Virus record (IMG/VR): IMGVR_UViG_2721756095_000004
Span: 1 to 64,000 of that record
Origin: a virus
Lineage: Duplodnaviria > Caudoviricetes
Reading direction: 5' to 3' (one strand)
Length of the DNA stretch: 64,000 nucleotides
The notes below the pieces were generated by a model that had not been told where the DNA came from, made no database searches, and saw nothing but the letters and a program-made list of their open reading frames with translations. Within the stretch, counting starts at the first letter, position 1, and the number at the start of each line of letters is the position of its first letter. The translations under genes and the position numbers were made by a program. Of this stretch, positions 63,636 to 64,000 are shown piece after piece.

Positions 63636-64000
63636 TTAACCCCTTCTCAAGATCGATGTTTGCAGCGGCGATCTTGTGTAATTTCTGGCCGCGCGCATCC
63701 CGGCAGCAGCCGTCTTAATCGTGAATTGCTGCGCGTGATAGGCAGCAAGCTGCGCGCTACTGTACGGCTTCTTGGGCGATAGCATCAGCCTCGACAGAGC
63801 CCCATGAACAATCGCCTCGCGGTATTCGTTGAACAGCAGATCATCAACGCCTGTTGCGTCAACCGAAGGTTTGAGCGCGACAATCATGGTCAGCGTTCCG
63901 GAAACGTCAGGCTCAGGCACGAGCGTGAGCGATGTAGCGCCTCCCATGATGTATTCTGGCGTACCGGTTTCGTTGCGCCAGTCGGCAATGTGAATTCCAG
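63636..64000 (-). CDS. Head-tail adaptor (tail tubular A-like), 5' part outside the window
   Basis: LVP.PD, ALKPS, EAI..GAL.RLM..P.KP; frame continues toward the window edge. Confidence 0.65.
   Translation of the reverse strand, partial: GIHIADWRNETGTPEYIMGGATSLTLVPEPDVSGTLTMIVALKPSVDATGVDDLLFNEYREAIVHGALSRLMLSPKKPYSSAQLAAYHAQQFTIKTAAAGMRAARNYTRSPLQTSILRRG

Larger units (their letters stand above)
41768..64000 (-). mobile_element. Second prophage, podovirus-like, integrated at tRNA-Ile(CAT); partial, continues beyond the window
   Basis: att fragment with AT-rich arm (IHF-like sites, TTTGTCATA/TTTGGCACA repeats); ejection, nozzle, lysis and fibre genes; no sheath or tape measure seen. Confidence 0.88.

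Noticed and set aside
41768-64000. Diversity-generating retroelement in the podovirus-like prophage
   Set aside because: No reverse transcriptase ORF and no template/variable repeat pair seen in this window; cannot exclude one outside it

Overview
The window has three parts. (1) 1-3800 is host or island DNA. It holds a 1021-aa copper enzyme that fuses a two-domain multicopper oxidase, an inserted circularly permuted blue-copper domain and a galactose-oxidase-type copper radical oxidase, plus a short HEPN-like ORF. (2) 3806-41716 is an apparently full-length Mu-like transposable prophage (37.9 kb) with TG...CA ends and a 5-bp target duplication GCCCA. It carries repressor, ner, A and B, a semi-essential region, Mor/C, lysis, head, contractile tail and a terminal DNA adenine methylase. 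Its cargo includes a reverse-strand GHKL-ATPase/PD-(D/E)xK nuclease between gpF and the protease gene. (3) From a 46-bp 3' fragment of tRNA-Ile(CAT) at 41768-41813 (att site) to the window end is the late region of a second, podovirus-like prophage on the minus strand. It encodes a giant polyvalent ejection protein, two smaller ejection proteins, a GNAT protein, an accessory fibre module with two homing endonucleases, a tail nozzle, lysis genes and a tail fibre. The strongest candidates for undescribed biology are the self-contained laccase/cupredoxin/radical-oxidase fusion, the ATPase-nuclease cargo, a switch-like RNA leader on the methylase without a com gene, a signal-peptide-like leader on the major capsid protein, a possible beta-strand spanin, and a Ser-to-Asn non-cleavable repressor. 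All product calls come from motifs and synteny read by eye; no database searches were run.
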